Assembly (NCBI GenBank): GCA_001643675.2
Contig: LSRY02000028.1
Coordinates: forward strand, 372,001 to 436,000
Reading direction: 5' to 3'
Origin: Monocercomonoides exilis PA203
Taxonomy: Eukaryota; Protista; Preaxostyla
DNA: 64,000 bases
Positions 1-10,353 of the stretch are shown one piece after another (position 1 is the stretch's first letter; each line of letters opens with the position of its first letter). The translations under genes were made by a program, and so were the position numbers. The notes beneath the pieces were generated by a model, which was not told the origin of the DNA, did not search any database, and saw only the letters and a list, made by a program, of their open reading frames with translations.

Positions 1-3000
1 GAATGCTAAAGCAGAAGAAAGAAGACTCAAAGGCGATCGCGTTGGCCGAATGTGTCCGTTCGCTTCTGCTGATTTTGCTGCTTCGGATGCTTCTTCTTCG
101 GCTGCTTCTTCTTCTTTCGCTTTTCCTTTCCCTTTCCCTGCTGCCTCTTTCTTTTCTTTCTTCTCTTTTCCAGTTTTCTCCTTTTGTGCATCCTTTTCAG
201 CTGCTATTTCTTCCGTTTCTTCGTTTGATGACGCTTCTTTTGGACGTGGTTGCTGGACAGCCACTCCACACACAGAAAGAAGCTCAGAAAGAGAAGGAAA
301 GAGCGAAGGAGAAAACGGATTGGATTCGCTGGATTTGCTGCTTTCAGTAGAAGATGAAGATTTCTCGTCTGATTCCTTTTGTGCATTTGGAGGAAGAGGG
401 AATGAAACAGCTGGAGGGGCTATTGACAACAGCTCCTCCCATGCTTGTGAAGGGTTGGATTCAATAAGAGAAGTGATGCGTGCAATCTGAGCATTAACAT
501 CACTTGCAGCAAATGGATTGTGGAAATCAACAGGACTCTTTGCATTGCTTGTTTCCTGTGTGTCATTTTCTTGTGGCTTCTCTTTGTTCTTTGAAGCTTT
601 TTGGTTTTTATCTTCTTGAATTGTTGTTGCTGTCTGTGTTGATGCAAGCTGATTGCCTTCATCTTTCCTTGTTTCTTTTTCATTCTCCACAAAGTTTGGT
701 GTTCCTTCAGGCCAAATGAGTTCTCTGACAGAAGTTGTGCGCGTTGCCACTCCGCAAAAAGTGGCAGAAAGAGAGGCAAACGACGCACTCAATGCACGAT
801 GTCCGAGAAGCAGGTGAATTCGCGAGAGCTGAGAAGGAAGAAACGTCAATTCTTTGACTGGTGTTGGTGCCAGCTGCGAGAAATCCTGAGAATTGCTGGA
901 TGAGGACGAGGATGAAGATGAGTCTGAAGACGAACTGGATTGAGATTCGTTTTGAGATTCGCTAAGTGGAAGATGCATCTTAATACACATAAGAAGCAGA
1001 GAATCTAGTGTAAGTGCAGCTGTCAGCAAAGATTTGATCATTGCTGGAACAAGCATGGTAGACAAAGGTTGTGATGTAGATGAAATCAATCCAGCAGTTG
1101 CAGAAGTTTTATCTCCATCGTCAGAAGAAGAAGAAGAAGAAGCGCTATCTTGTGCTGATTGAGCTTGTGCTCCTTCTTTCTCTTTTTCTTTTTCTCCTTT
1201 TTTCACTTTATCTCCTTTTGAAGTACCAGGTCTTTCTTTCTTCGCCGCATTTTTCGAGTCTTCGCTGTTTTCCTTTGCCTTCTTCTCTTTTCTGGAAGCT
1301 GGTCTCTTTGTTGTTGTTGACAAAGTCGAGCCCAGCAATCCTTCTGATGTGGCAGTCGCATCCAAAGATGCTGTCTCCTGGTTGGATGCCTCTTCATCGA
1401 TCGTATCCAAAATCCCTCTTTGCCTCAGCCTTTCCTTTCTCTTCTCTTCTCTCTCCTTTCTTCTTCTTTCCATTCTTTCTTGTCTCATCCTCTCTTTGTC
1501 TTCTTCTCTTCTTCTGACAGCATTCAGCATCTCTTTCTCCACAACAGCGCATTCACCACTAAGAGTCTTCACCATTCCCATCACAGTCTCTCTCAAGGAA
1601 ACAACTTTAGTGGATGCATATTTTTGAGATATGGTTGGTGTCGAAGGAGAGAAAATCAATGCAGATAAGCAGGATGCCATTAATCGCTGTGCCCTGAACC
1701 ATCCCAGTGAAGGAAGAGAAGATGAGTTGGCATTCAAAGAAGATTGGCGCGCTTGTTCATTCCCTCCATTAGAAGCACTTTCACTCTTATTTGAGTCATT
1801 TCCATCAGAAAGTGGCAATGCTGAAGCAGCCATCGGATTAGGAACGCTTTTCAGTGCTTCCACAATCACCACCAACGAGCGAATGATAGCTGGGTGTGTC
1901 TTTCCTTGCACAGACAAAGCGCCTGTGTGAGAAAGCACAGCAAACAGACGCGAGGCATATAGAACCACATTCGAGTGGTCTCCAATGAGCAGTGCTGCTT
2001 CAATGGCAATGGAAAAGGCAGAGGCTGATCGCTGGAGCAGAGAAAAGGAAGATGAAGACGACATCACTGAGCACGATGACTGAGTGAGTGATAGCTGCGA
2101 TGGTGAAAGATCTGGCCTTAATGAGCTTGATTCTTTTGATCGACTGCTTGCTCCACTTGCAGATTCATTGCCATCTTCATCATTCACACTATCGTCATCT
2201 GCATTGTCTTCTTCTTCAGCTTCAATATTTTCGAGCTCTTCTAACAGCTCCTCTTCATTAAACTGACTCTCTTCTTCTTCTGTTCCTGTGTTAGCTCCAT
2301 CTTCTCCGGTGAATCGCTGTGTGATGTTGTATCCCTCCATTCCTTCATTCAGTTCATCTAAAACTGTTCCTTCAGTGTTGTCTGCTTCTTCAGCAAGCAA
2401 TGCGTCCAACTCCTGCTTCTTCTGCTCTTCTCTTCTTTCAATCGCGATCATCTCCTTCCTCTCTCTTTGTTTTCTCTTCATCACCTCCAGCATCTTCTCC
2501 CTCATTCTCATTTCTCTCAAAGCCGCTCGTTTTCCTCCATACAACTCAAATGCAGTCATCCCAATGCCACTGCTGCCACTTCCTCCAGCTTCGATCTCAT
2601 CCTCCTCTCCACCGTCATTGCCCATCGCATCCATTCCTGAATCCATCCAGTTCTTATCACCTTCTTCAGAATTTCCGCCTCCTTCGCCTTCTTCTTCCCT
2701 TCTTCCTTCACTTCTTCTAATTGCTTGCAGAGCTAATGACATTCCAACACGTGCTGCTGAGGAGGCCACACCGTAAACAGAAGAGCGAGGCAGCAAGGAA
2801 GCCAGTTCAGTGTCAAGAAAGTGCCGCACAGAAGACATTGTGAGTGAAGGAGTGGTATGAGTGTAGCTGATCGATGGAGAAGATGAATTGGGAAGAGTGT
2901 CTGTATTAACCATCACAGCATACGAATATATCAGCTTTGCAAGTGTCAATGAATTGCCCATCAAATACGTCGACACAAGCGTTGTCTTTCCAGACGGTGA

Positions 3001-6000
3001 GACCGCTTCCAATTGTGGACTTGAAGCCAGATCGCCCATCTTAATCTTCCTGTTGCTCCGAACTGTGTGTGCTGAATGGACCATCTGCCCAATCTGATTC
3101 AGTGTGGACGAGAGCGAAGCAAGCAATGACACAAGTGGAACAGGATAGCATGTTGTGATTGGAGCAGTGGCCATTCCAATCACTTTGATGTTCGTTATTT
3201 GAGAGCCATTTGGTGAAGAAGCAGATTCAGCCTCCTTTTTCGAAGTGCTGGCTGTTGAAGACGATGCTGTGTTGATTGAAGCAGTTGAAATAGGAGTTCC
3301 ATTCTCATCGCAACGAGCACAGCCAAAGATGTATGAGGCGTTGCTGTCCAATCCGCTAATGGTCACTGGCTGGTAAGGCTCAAGTGGAATTCCTGTGCCA
3401 GAAAGTGTGGTTGACTTCATGGAAAGACCCGTGGCTGCATCAGACTTCTTTCCGTAAAGAATAAGACGATATGGATATATTGGAGCTGATGATGATTGAT
3501 TTGATGAAGAGCTAACGGAGGATGGAATAATCGGAGTCTGTGCAGGATCAATGGGAAGCAATGTGATGGATGTGCTTGTGCGTGAAATCAGCAGCGGAGG
3601 AAGGGGTGGATTCTCCATCAGTGCCAGTCGTTCTGCACCAGACGTGGCTCTTTCTCTCTTCCTGTTGATGTGGAGCACTTCATTCCTCATCTGCTGCATC
3701 CAAACAGACAGCGTCGCTTCAGCCACGACGGCAGTCGCTGCTGCTGACACGGCCTGATGGCAGCTGCTTACAACGATGCTGCACAGCTGAGTGATCATAC
3801 GCGTTCTCTCGCGCACACGTAGCACTTGACGGGTGATGGGTGGAACGCCACTTGCAGAGGAAGATGAAGAAGATGGAGAAGAGGAGGAGGAAGGAGAAGT
3901 GGCTGAAGGTACAGAAAACCCGAGACCATCGTACACTCTCGATGGAATGTACCTTCCTTTCTTTTGTGTTCCTTCGAATTGCTTCTGTTTCTCAATCAGA
4001 GTTTGTTCTTTGTCTTGCTGATTATTTCCTTTCTGTCCGTTTTCTTCTGCTTTTGCTCCGGAAATATCGCTTTCATCGTCAATTTCTTCAATTTCCGCTG
4101 TTTTTCTCTTTCCGTTGCCTTCTTTTGAGTGGCGCTTCAGCAATGTTGTCTCTTCCTCTTCTGCTTCTTCAGCTATCAGACGCAGCAGAATCTCACATTT
4201 CGCGCGAACTGACTCTTCGTTAAGCAGAAGCCGTTCATACGGATTCAGATGCACCGCAGCTGAAATCTCTTCTTCAGCTGTGAGCGAAAAAAGTGGAGGA
4301 AAATATTCATCCTCCAATGTGCCTGATGATGCTGGTGAACCATTTGAAGAAGAAGAAGATGATGATGATGACGATGATGAAGGTACAGCAGACGTAGCAG
4401 AGAGAACAGAGAGTGTGTTTGAGTTAAGTATGCTTGTCTGTGCAGATGGTCGTGTTGTTCCCTGCATTCTCTGTGTAGCTCCTCTGTCAATAATCGGCTG
4501 TGTCTTCTTCGAGCCAATCCCAACAGCCGTCCCCAGCGCATCCAGCGTCTCCTTCTTGGTAACTTTCTGTCTGAAGTGCGCGTCATACACTTTCTTCGCC
4601 TTGTTTCCTCCGCGCTTCATCTCCACCCAAAACAGCGAGCGCATAATCTGTGCATACAGCGCTCTCAGGTCGCCTTCCACCACCCACATCGCATCTGTCT
4701 CGAAGGGTACAGTCAGTGGAAGCTGCAGCGACGTATTTGCTGCCTGGGAGATGGATGTGTAGGATGAGTATGTCTTCACCACAACCTCCAGCATCGACGC
4801 TGTGATGAGCCCGTTCCCTCGGCCGGTGTCGGGAATGCCTGGAAGAGCAGGCGTTGTGGTGCAAAGAACATAGTCGAGGAAGTTGCGATCAGCAGTGACC
4901 GAGTCCAAGAAGGAGTGCTGCTGGGCAAAGGACGAGAAGTGGCTGAAAAGAGTGGACTTTGCAGATAAAAGGAAAGTTCGGCTGGATTTGAGGAGAAGTG
5001 AAGAGAGATGTGGAGTGAATGACGCAGCAGGAGCATCAGAAGAGTTGGAGGTGGCGGGAAATGAAGTCGAAGAGGCGATGGCAGTGTTTGTGGACAAGGG
5101 CTTTGAAATGACAGCAGATGTGTGTGTTTGAAGAGCTGTGGCTGAGTAAGTGGAAGAAGAAGAAGATGATGATGATGATGATGTTCCTTTCATTGTTTGT
5201 GACTGCATTGAAGACGAAGCCAAAGGAGATCCCACAGGTTTCACCGGCGCAGTCTCATTGATCCGCTCCTCTTCCTCAAAAATGCCGCATTCCATTCGCT
5301 TCTCTCGCATCAAGCGAAGAAGACGGCACAAGTGCAGTTTCAGCTGCTCACGATGCACTAACTGAGAGCAGCCTCCATTTCCTATCCAAACAAGGTGCTC
5401 CGCTGGAATCGTCTGTGTGGGTGTGTTAATGAACGGAGAATTAAACATCCTACTTGCCTGAGTTTGAGAAAAAGGTGATGTCATTGTAAATGACGACGTA
5501 GGTACCAATGCAGATGAGCCAAGCATTGATGAGGAGAAAGCGCCAGAAGCAGACTGAGCATATGCTGTCTGTCCATTTCCCAGTGCATTTGTCTGAAGCG
5601 GATGAGCTGCATTTCTTTCTCTGTCCTGTTTTTCGCTCGAAATGCCAGCTTTCTCTTCTGCTTCGATTGTTTCGACCAGTTTGCGCGACAGTTCCGCACA
5701 GATGATGGCTGCCTCACTGTGCATTTGTGGATCAATCATCTCCTTCCCCAGGCAGAATACAGTCATAAGCTGCTGCTGGTATTGTTGCCGTTGACGCTGT
5801 GAAATGCTTGCAGATGGAGAGGAGGCTGAAGAAGAAGAAGAGGAAGAGGAAGACTGAGAAGGTGATAAGTTAGCATTTGAGTCTGGAAGTTTAGACACAA
5901 TGGGAAGATGAGTAGATGGAGAGAATTTATCTGAGGGAATCAAAGCGAGTGAAATGATGCACAAAAAAGTAGTTGTGAAGCGAAGCAGGAGCGGCAGAGG

Positions 6001-8403
6001 AAGAAGCGACGAAAACGAGAGAGGAGTCGATGACGAAGACGAAGAGAAGGCGAGTGCCTGGATGTGGTGCCAGAGCACCGCGAGGGCGTCGACGACGACT
6101 TCAGATGGGAGAGAGAAGGCAGCGCTGAGTGCAGCTGACGAAGTCGGGCCAGAAGACACTGAAGCTGATAAATTCTGCGCCATTGTGTCGATTGCCCTGC
6201 CTGTTTTCGTGAGGAGTTTCGTGTCTGTTTTGAAAGTTCCGCTGGCTGCTGTTGCGGGATCTGATGGCATTACAGCTGTTGAGGTGGAAGGAGAAGAAGA
6301 AAGAAGCAGAAGGAGAGAATTCCCTAGGCGCTCTACGTGAAATGGCATTGACAGAAAAGATGGCTGTGATGAAGAAGCAGAAGAAAACTGCATTTCAACA
6401 GGAAATCTCAAAACACGCTCTACAAGAGGTACCTGCGAAGCGAGAAAAGATGAAAGATATTCTGAAGGAGATGGAGTAGAGGAAGAAGAAGATGATGATG
6501 ACGGTGAGGATGAGTTGAAATTGGAAGCACTTGAATCTCCTCCGTTGACTGAAAGTGGAGCAGGTTCATCGTCTTTGCTTCCAGATGAAGTGGTTGGAGA
6601 AGCATCTTTCTTTACAGAAGTTTGAGCAGCAAACTGAAGTGGTGAATTTCCGGCAGCGCAGTTCTGCGTGCTCTTGTTCATCAAAGGCGACAGTGCGCAG
6701 TACAGCCGCACCTCGTTAATTTGCGGAGGAGAAAGTGGTTCTGCCAGAGAAACCGGGGCACACAGCGGAGAATACGAGTCAAGCGCGCTCAAAACAGAGG
6801 CGCTGGGCATTTCAACGCTGAGCGAGTCGACAAGGCCAATGCGCTGCATCGCCATGACTCCGACTGCCCGATCGACAGAAGCGCCGAGCCGGTCGAAGAG
6901 TGGGAAGTAGTCCCAGGCGAAGGAGAGCCGAACGGCACGTAGGAGAATCAGCGGAGGAAGGAAAAACGGATCAGAAGTGTTATCTGTCGAGGCATCTGCA
7001 CTCGAAGCAGATGGTGGATCAAAATAAGGGTCTTTGGAGTCTTCTTCTGCGAAGAATTGTGGTCGAGGGATGTCTGTACCATTGGCAGCAGTCGTGTTGA
7101 TGTCTGCTCTTGCCGCAGAGGATGGACGTGAAGAAGGTCTTCCAGGCTTCTTCTCTGCAGATTTTGGTCTCTTTGCCTTTTCTTTTTCTGGTTGCGAAGT
7201 TTTCTTCTCAGTGGAATTAGACTGTGCAGAAGCGCTTTGCGATGGAGTTGCCTTTGATGAAGATTGGGTCGATGACAATATGTGCGCGGGGAAGATGAGA
7301 TGTTGGATACACTGAAGAATAATAGTGGCATCTGCATTTTCAAGTGAAGCATTTTTATCATCTTTATTTGAAATGTCATTTCTCTCAGTATTCTTCTGCT
7401 CCAAATCATCGTTAACTTGTTGGATTTTTATTTGGGATTCTGTATATGGGTTTCCTACAATCTTTTTCTGAGCTGTTGATATTAGATTCAAAAGAGCTTC
7501 GATCTTCCGAATTCTTTTCACTCTCAATTCATCGGTTGTTTCTTTTGTTTGCGCTTCTGTGTCTGTAATTGTGTCTTCAGCAGTCATTCCTTTCGCATTT
7601 TGCGCTGTTGTTTCAACAAGGTTGTGAATGAGTTGCACTGATTCAAGTGCAGTCTTTTTTTTCTGATAAAGATCATACCTAATTTGCAACAATCCAACTT
7701 TTTCGATTGCGTCTTGAAGCATTTGTTCTTCCTCGCCTGGCAAAGGAGTATCATCCATATGTTCGATTTCGTTCAATTCGTTCACCTTTGACCAAGCTTG
7801 TTCTGCAGCTTGTGCAGCTCGATCAATATCTCCTCCAGATTCTGCCGCATAGCAAAGAGCTGTGTAAAGTGAAACGCGCAGAGAAAGATGACGAATAGAA
7901 AGCAGTGGAAGCGAAGACTCAACGAGAGCAATGCAGTCTGCCAATGGTGCACATGGAAAAATCGAAAATCCAACTCTTGTCAAAGTTTGACAAAGAGTAA
8001 AAATGCATATAACTCCTCGATGAATTAGCCAGTATAAACGAGCGGGTGAAAAACTGCGTACAGTATATAATAAAGCCAGAGTAGATTTAATTTCATTCAT
8101 AATCAAAGAAATATTATCTGATGAGGAAAGCGATGGATCTCGTTGCAAAATTTGTGAAGTCGTGCAAGTAGATATTCCTAATTGTGCTTCAACGAGTAAT
8201 GGAAACAACTCTTCTAATTTGCTCTGTGCGTTTTCTTTTTCTTTAGGCCTTTCTTCCTGCTGAAAAGAAGTTATGAGTTGAGTCGCAAGATTTTTGGCTT
8301 GAGAAAAGCAAAGGGAAATAGCATCGGTATAGGAGTTATTTTCTTTAAGTTTTTCTCCTTCTTCTAGCAAAAAGTGAAGCCTCTCGATGTCTTGTTTCGT
8401 CAT
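1..8403 (-). CDS. CFAP54: CFAP54-like cilia/flagella central-pair protein, 5' portion (>2,800 codons, continues beyond the left edge)
   Basis: Manual translation from ATG at 8403 gives MTKQDIERLHFLLEEGEK...YWLIHRGVICIFTLCQ...ESSLPLLSIRHLSLRVSLYTALC...AWSKVNELNEIE, resembling the CFAP54 N-terminal (DUF4486) block. The same frame at ~3480-3300 gives LYGKKSDAATGLSMKSTTLSGTGIP...VTISGLDSNASYIFGCARCDENG, resembling the CFAP54 middle block. The frame is still open at positions 1-60. No minus-strand ORF in this frame is in the track, consistent with no stop before the edge. A short upstream exon is possible (AG at ~8431). Confidence 0.75.
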   Translation of the reverse strand, partial: MTKQDIERLHFLLEEGEKLKENNSYTDAISLCFSQAKNLATQLITSFQQEERPKEKENAQSKLEELFPLLVEAQLGISTCTTSQILQRDPSLSSSDNISLIMNEIKSTLALLYTVRSFSPARLYWLIHRGVICIFTLCQTLTRVGFSIFPCAPLADCIALVESSLPLLSIRHLSLRVSLYTALCYAAESGGDIDRAAQAAEQAWSKVNELNEIEHMDDTPLPGEEEQMLQDAIEKVGLLQIRYDLYQKKKTALESVQLIHNLVETTAQNAKGMTAEDTITDTEAQTKETTDELRVKRIRKIEALLNLISTAQKKIVGNPYTESQIKIQQVNDDLEQKNTERNDISNKDDKNASLENADATIILQCIQHLIFPAHILSSTQSSSKATPSQSASAQSNSTEKKTSQPEKEKAKRPKSAEKKPGRPSSRPSSAARADINTTAANGTDIPRPQFFAEEDSKDPYFDPPSASSADASTDNTSDPFFLPPLILLRAVRLSFAWDYFPLFDRLGASVDRAVGVMAMQRIGLVDSLSVEMPSASVLSALDSYSPLCAPVSLAEPLSPPQINEVRLYCALSPLMNKSTQNCAAGNSPLQFAAQTSVKKDASPTTSSGSKDDEPAPLSVNGGDSSASNFNSSSPSSSSSSSSTPSPSEYLSSFLASQVPLVERVLRFPVEMQFSSASSSQPSFLSMPFHVERLGNSLLLLLSSSPSTSTAVMPSDPATAASGTFKTDTKLLTKTGRAIDTMAQNLSASVSSGPTSSAALSAAFSLPSEVVVDALAVLWHHIQALAFSSSSSSTPLSFSSLLPLPLLLRFTTTFLCIISLALIPSDKFSPSTHLPIVSKLPDSNANLSPSQSSSSSSSSSASSPSASISQRQRQQYQQQLMTVFCLGKEMIDPQMHSEAAIICAELSRKLVETIEAEEKAGISSEKQDRERNAAHPLQTNALGNGQTAYAQSASGAFSSSMLGSSALVPTSSFTMTSPFSQTQASRMFNSPFINTPTQTIPAEHLVWIGNGGCSQLVHREQLKLHLCRLLRLMREKRMECGIFEEEERINETAPVKPVGSPLASSSMQSQTMKGTSSSSSSSSSSTYSATALQTHTSAVISKPLSTNTAIASSTSFPATSNSSDAPAASFTPHLSSLLLKSSRTFLLSAKSTLFSHFSSFAQQHSFLDSVTADRNFLDYVLCTTTPALPGIPDTGRGNGLITASMLEVVVKTYSSYTSISQAANTSLQLPLTVPFETDAMWVVEGDLRALYAQIMRSLFWVEMKRGGNKAKKVYDAHFRQKVTKKETLDALGTAVGIGSKKTQPIIDRGATQRMQGTTRPSAQTSILNSNTLSVLSATSAVPSSSSSSSSSSSSNGSPASSGTLEDEYFPPLFSLTAEEEISAAVHLNPYERLLLNEESVRAKCEILLRLIAEEAEEEETTLLKRHSKEGNGKRKTAEIEEIDDESDISGAKAEENGQKGNNQQDKEQTLIEKQKQFEGTQKKGRYIPSRVYDGLGFSVPSATSPSSSSSPSSSSSSASGVPPITRQVLRVRERTRMITQLCSIVVSSCHQAVSAAATAVVAEATLSVWMQQMRNEVLHINRKRERATSGAERLALMENPPLPPLLISRTSTSITLLPIDPAQTPIIPSSVSSSSNQSSSAPIYPYRLILYGKKSDAATGLSMKSTTLSGTGIPLEPYQPVTISGLDSNASYIFGCARCDENGTPISTASINTASSSTASTSKKEAESASSPNGSQITNIKVIGMATAPITTCYPVPLVSLLASLSSTLNQIGQMVHSAHTVRSNRKIKMGDLASSPQLEAVSPSGKTTLVSTYLMGNSLTLAKLIYSYAVMVNTDTLPNSSSPSISYTHTTPSLTMSSVRHFLDTELASLLPRSSVYGVASSAARVGMSLALQAIRRSEGRREEEGEGGGNSEEGDKNWMDSGMDAMGNDGGEEDEIEAGGSGSSGIGMTAFELYGGKRAALREMRMREKMLEVMKRKQRERKEMIAIERREEQKKQELDALLAEEADNTEGTVLDELNEGMEGYNITQRFTGEDGANTGTEEEESQFNEEELLEELENIEAEEEDNADDDSVNDEDGNESASGASSRSKESSSLRPDLSPSQLSLTQSSCSVMSSSSSFSLLQRSASAFSIAIEAALLIGDHSNVVLYASRLFAVLSHTGALSVQGKTHPAIIRSLVVIVEALKSVPNPMAASALPLSDGNDSNKSESASNGGNEQARQSSLNANSSSLPSLGWFRAQRLMASCLSALIFSPSTPTISQKYASTKVVSLRETVMGMVKTLSGECAVVEKEMLNAVRRREEDKERMRQERMERRRKEREEKRKERLRQRGILDTIDEEASNQETASLDATATSEGLLGSTLSTTTKRPASRKEKKAKENSEDSKNAAKKERPGTSKGDKVKKGEKEKEKEGAQAQSAQDSASSSSSSDDGDKTSATAGLISSTSQPLSTMLVPAMIKSLLTAALTLDSLLLMCIKMHLPLSESQNESQSSSSSDSSSSSSSSSNSQDFSQLAPTPVKELTFLPSQLSRIHLLLGHRALSASFASLSATFCGVATRTTSVRELIWPEGTPNFVENEKETRKDEGNQLASTQTATTIQEDKNQKASKNKEKPQENDTQETSNAKSPVDFHNPFAASDVNAQIARITSLIESNPSQAWEELLSIAPPAVSFPLPPNAQKESDEKSSSSTESSKSSESNPFSPSLFPSLSELLSVCGVAVQQPRPKEASSNEETEEIAAEKDAQKEKTGKEKKEKKEAAGKGKGKAKEEEAAEEEASEAAKSAEANGHIRPTRSPLSLLSSALAF

Positions 8404-8810
8404 GAGAGCAACTAAACTTTTTGAACCGTTCTATTTCCAAAGAATAATTTATGGTATAGGATCAAGACTACAACAAATTGAAAATAAATAGAATAATATC
8501 ATATTAAAAAGTGTTCAAGTCATTTTGCAATACGTCGAATATCATTTTCTACATTTGTTTCGATATTTAATGAATTTTATAATTGAAAAAAAGTTTTCTG
8601 GTGTAATATTTAAATCTATCTTAAATTTCACATTTTGAAACCAAAAAATTGGAACTAAAACTGGTTGCTTACAAAAGAAGTGTAATGAATAAAAATCGAA
8701 TAAATATCTAGAAAGTGTTTTTTAAAGCTTAAATAGGATGAAATATGAGTTAATTTAGAGAAGTATTCTCAAAATATTTGTAGAAATTAAAATAAAATGA
8801 AGAAAACACG

Positions 8811-10264
8811 TTATGAAGATTCAGACTCATCAGATTGTGGTTGTGTAGAAGGAGAGGAAGAAGTGGCTGGCTGGCTGGCTGGAGACTCCTTGCTCGGCGA
8901 GCGCTTTGGAGAGCCCGTCAGACGCATAGACGAGCCAGTGCGTTCGTAGTCTCTCATCTGCTGCTCTGTCGGCGCTTCCATCTCGGCCAGCCACTTCGGA
9001 GGCTTCCACACACCCGTCTTCCGATAGCTCATCATCGCCTCCTTCAGCGCTTTCTTATCTTGCTCCTCCCGAATCTCCGCATCGCGCCGCAGCCTTTGCA
9101 GCTGCGCCTTCTTTTGCTCAATCTCTTTTCTGACTTTCTCCTCTTCCTCAATCCGCTTCCGCGACTCCTCCTTTCGAAATTCCTCTTTCCTCTTCATTCG
9201 CTCAATGTATTCCAGCTTCTCCTGCTTCTTTTCTTTCTCTAGTTCTTTTTTCTCCATTATCTCTCTTTGCCTCTGTTCTGCAATCTCTTTTCTCCGCAGC
9301 TCGTCCATTTCTTGCCGAGCAAGAAGCTCTTCCCGTTTTTTCTCAGTTTCCTCTCTCATCTTTTTTATTGTCTCTTCTCGTTGTCGGGCTTTTTCAAGTT
9401 CCTGCTCTTTTTTTTCTTTTTCTTTTAACTTTCGTTCTTCTTCTTGTTGCTTTCTTCGCTCTTCAATTTCTTGTTCCCTTTTCTTATAAAGTTTTTCTCT
9501 TTCAGCCTTTTGTTTTGATTGCTGTTCTGCAACCTGTTTTTTCTTTTCTTCGGAACGCTCTTTTGCTTCTTGAACACGTCTCCTAACTTCAGCAGCGTGT
9601 TCTTCTTGTTGCCTTTTACGAAATTCATCCTTTTCTTCCATGTCTCGCATCATCTGAATGCTCAGATCTTCTCTCTTTTTTTCCATTTCAACCTGTTGTT
9701 CGATCTCTCGTTTCTTCTTCATTCGAAGTTCCTTCACTCTTTCTTCCTCCTTTAACAAGCAATTGTGTAAAATAATGAAAAGGGAATTTGAAATCAAATT
9801 TGACCACACTTGCGCAATTAATCGTTCAGCTTGTTGTCTTGCTTTTTCAAGAGCATCCATTGTTTCAGCATGCTGCGATTCACTATTATAAGCTTCCTTC
9901 AAAGTATTAAAAAGTGCTATATTATTTAATAATTGTTTTGAACAGTATAAGTTTAAAAAAAAAAGAAAAAGAAAAAATAATATTTACTTTCGCGTTTTGC
10001 TTCACGTCTCTGGCGTTTTGTATCCATGACACTTGAAGACAATGAAGGTTCTTTACTAAGTTTTGCATCTTCATCAAAAGGCCGCAAATCGTGAATAGTT
10101 ATTCCTTCTCTGCCAAATATTCGTTGTGTTCTTGGTGAAAGAACAACTTGTGCTGTATTCCCTGGAATATCGCTAAGAGTCATTGAAGATAGAGATAAAG
10201 TTATTTTGTGGATCCTTCTTGTTGTAGATCTTCTTGGAGTAGGCGTTGAAGGTTGATCATTCAT
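8811..10264 (-). CDS. Charged coiled-coil protein, 3 exons (weak CCDC177/CCDC185-like N-terminal SPR motif)
   Basis: ATG 10264 (MNDQPSTPTPRR...VVLSPRTQRIFGREGITIHDLRPF). GT-AG introns at ~9987-9918 and ~9809-9751 join it to the E/K/R/Q-rich ORF 8811..9902. The family resemblance is weak. Confidence 0.6.
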
Positions 10265-10353
10265 TTTTTCTAACTGACAAGAACAAAGAATGGTTACAAA
10301 AATTCTTGAACGGGAAAATACAAATCTCCAACAAAAAGTCAAGAGTTGGCAAC

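Noticed and set aside
3-7898. Numerous short plus-strand ORFs rich in Ser/Phe/Leu
   Set aside because: They are antisense or off-frame shadows of the long minus-strand CFAP54-like ORF. The same applies to shadow ORFs over the other large genes.
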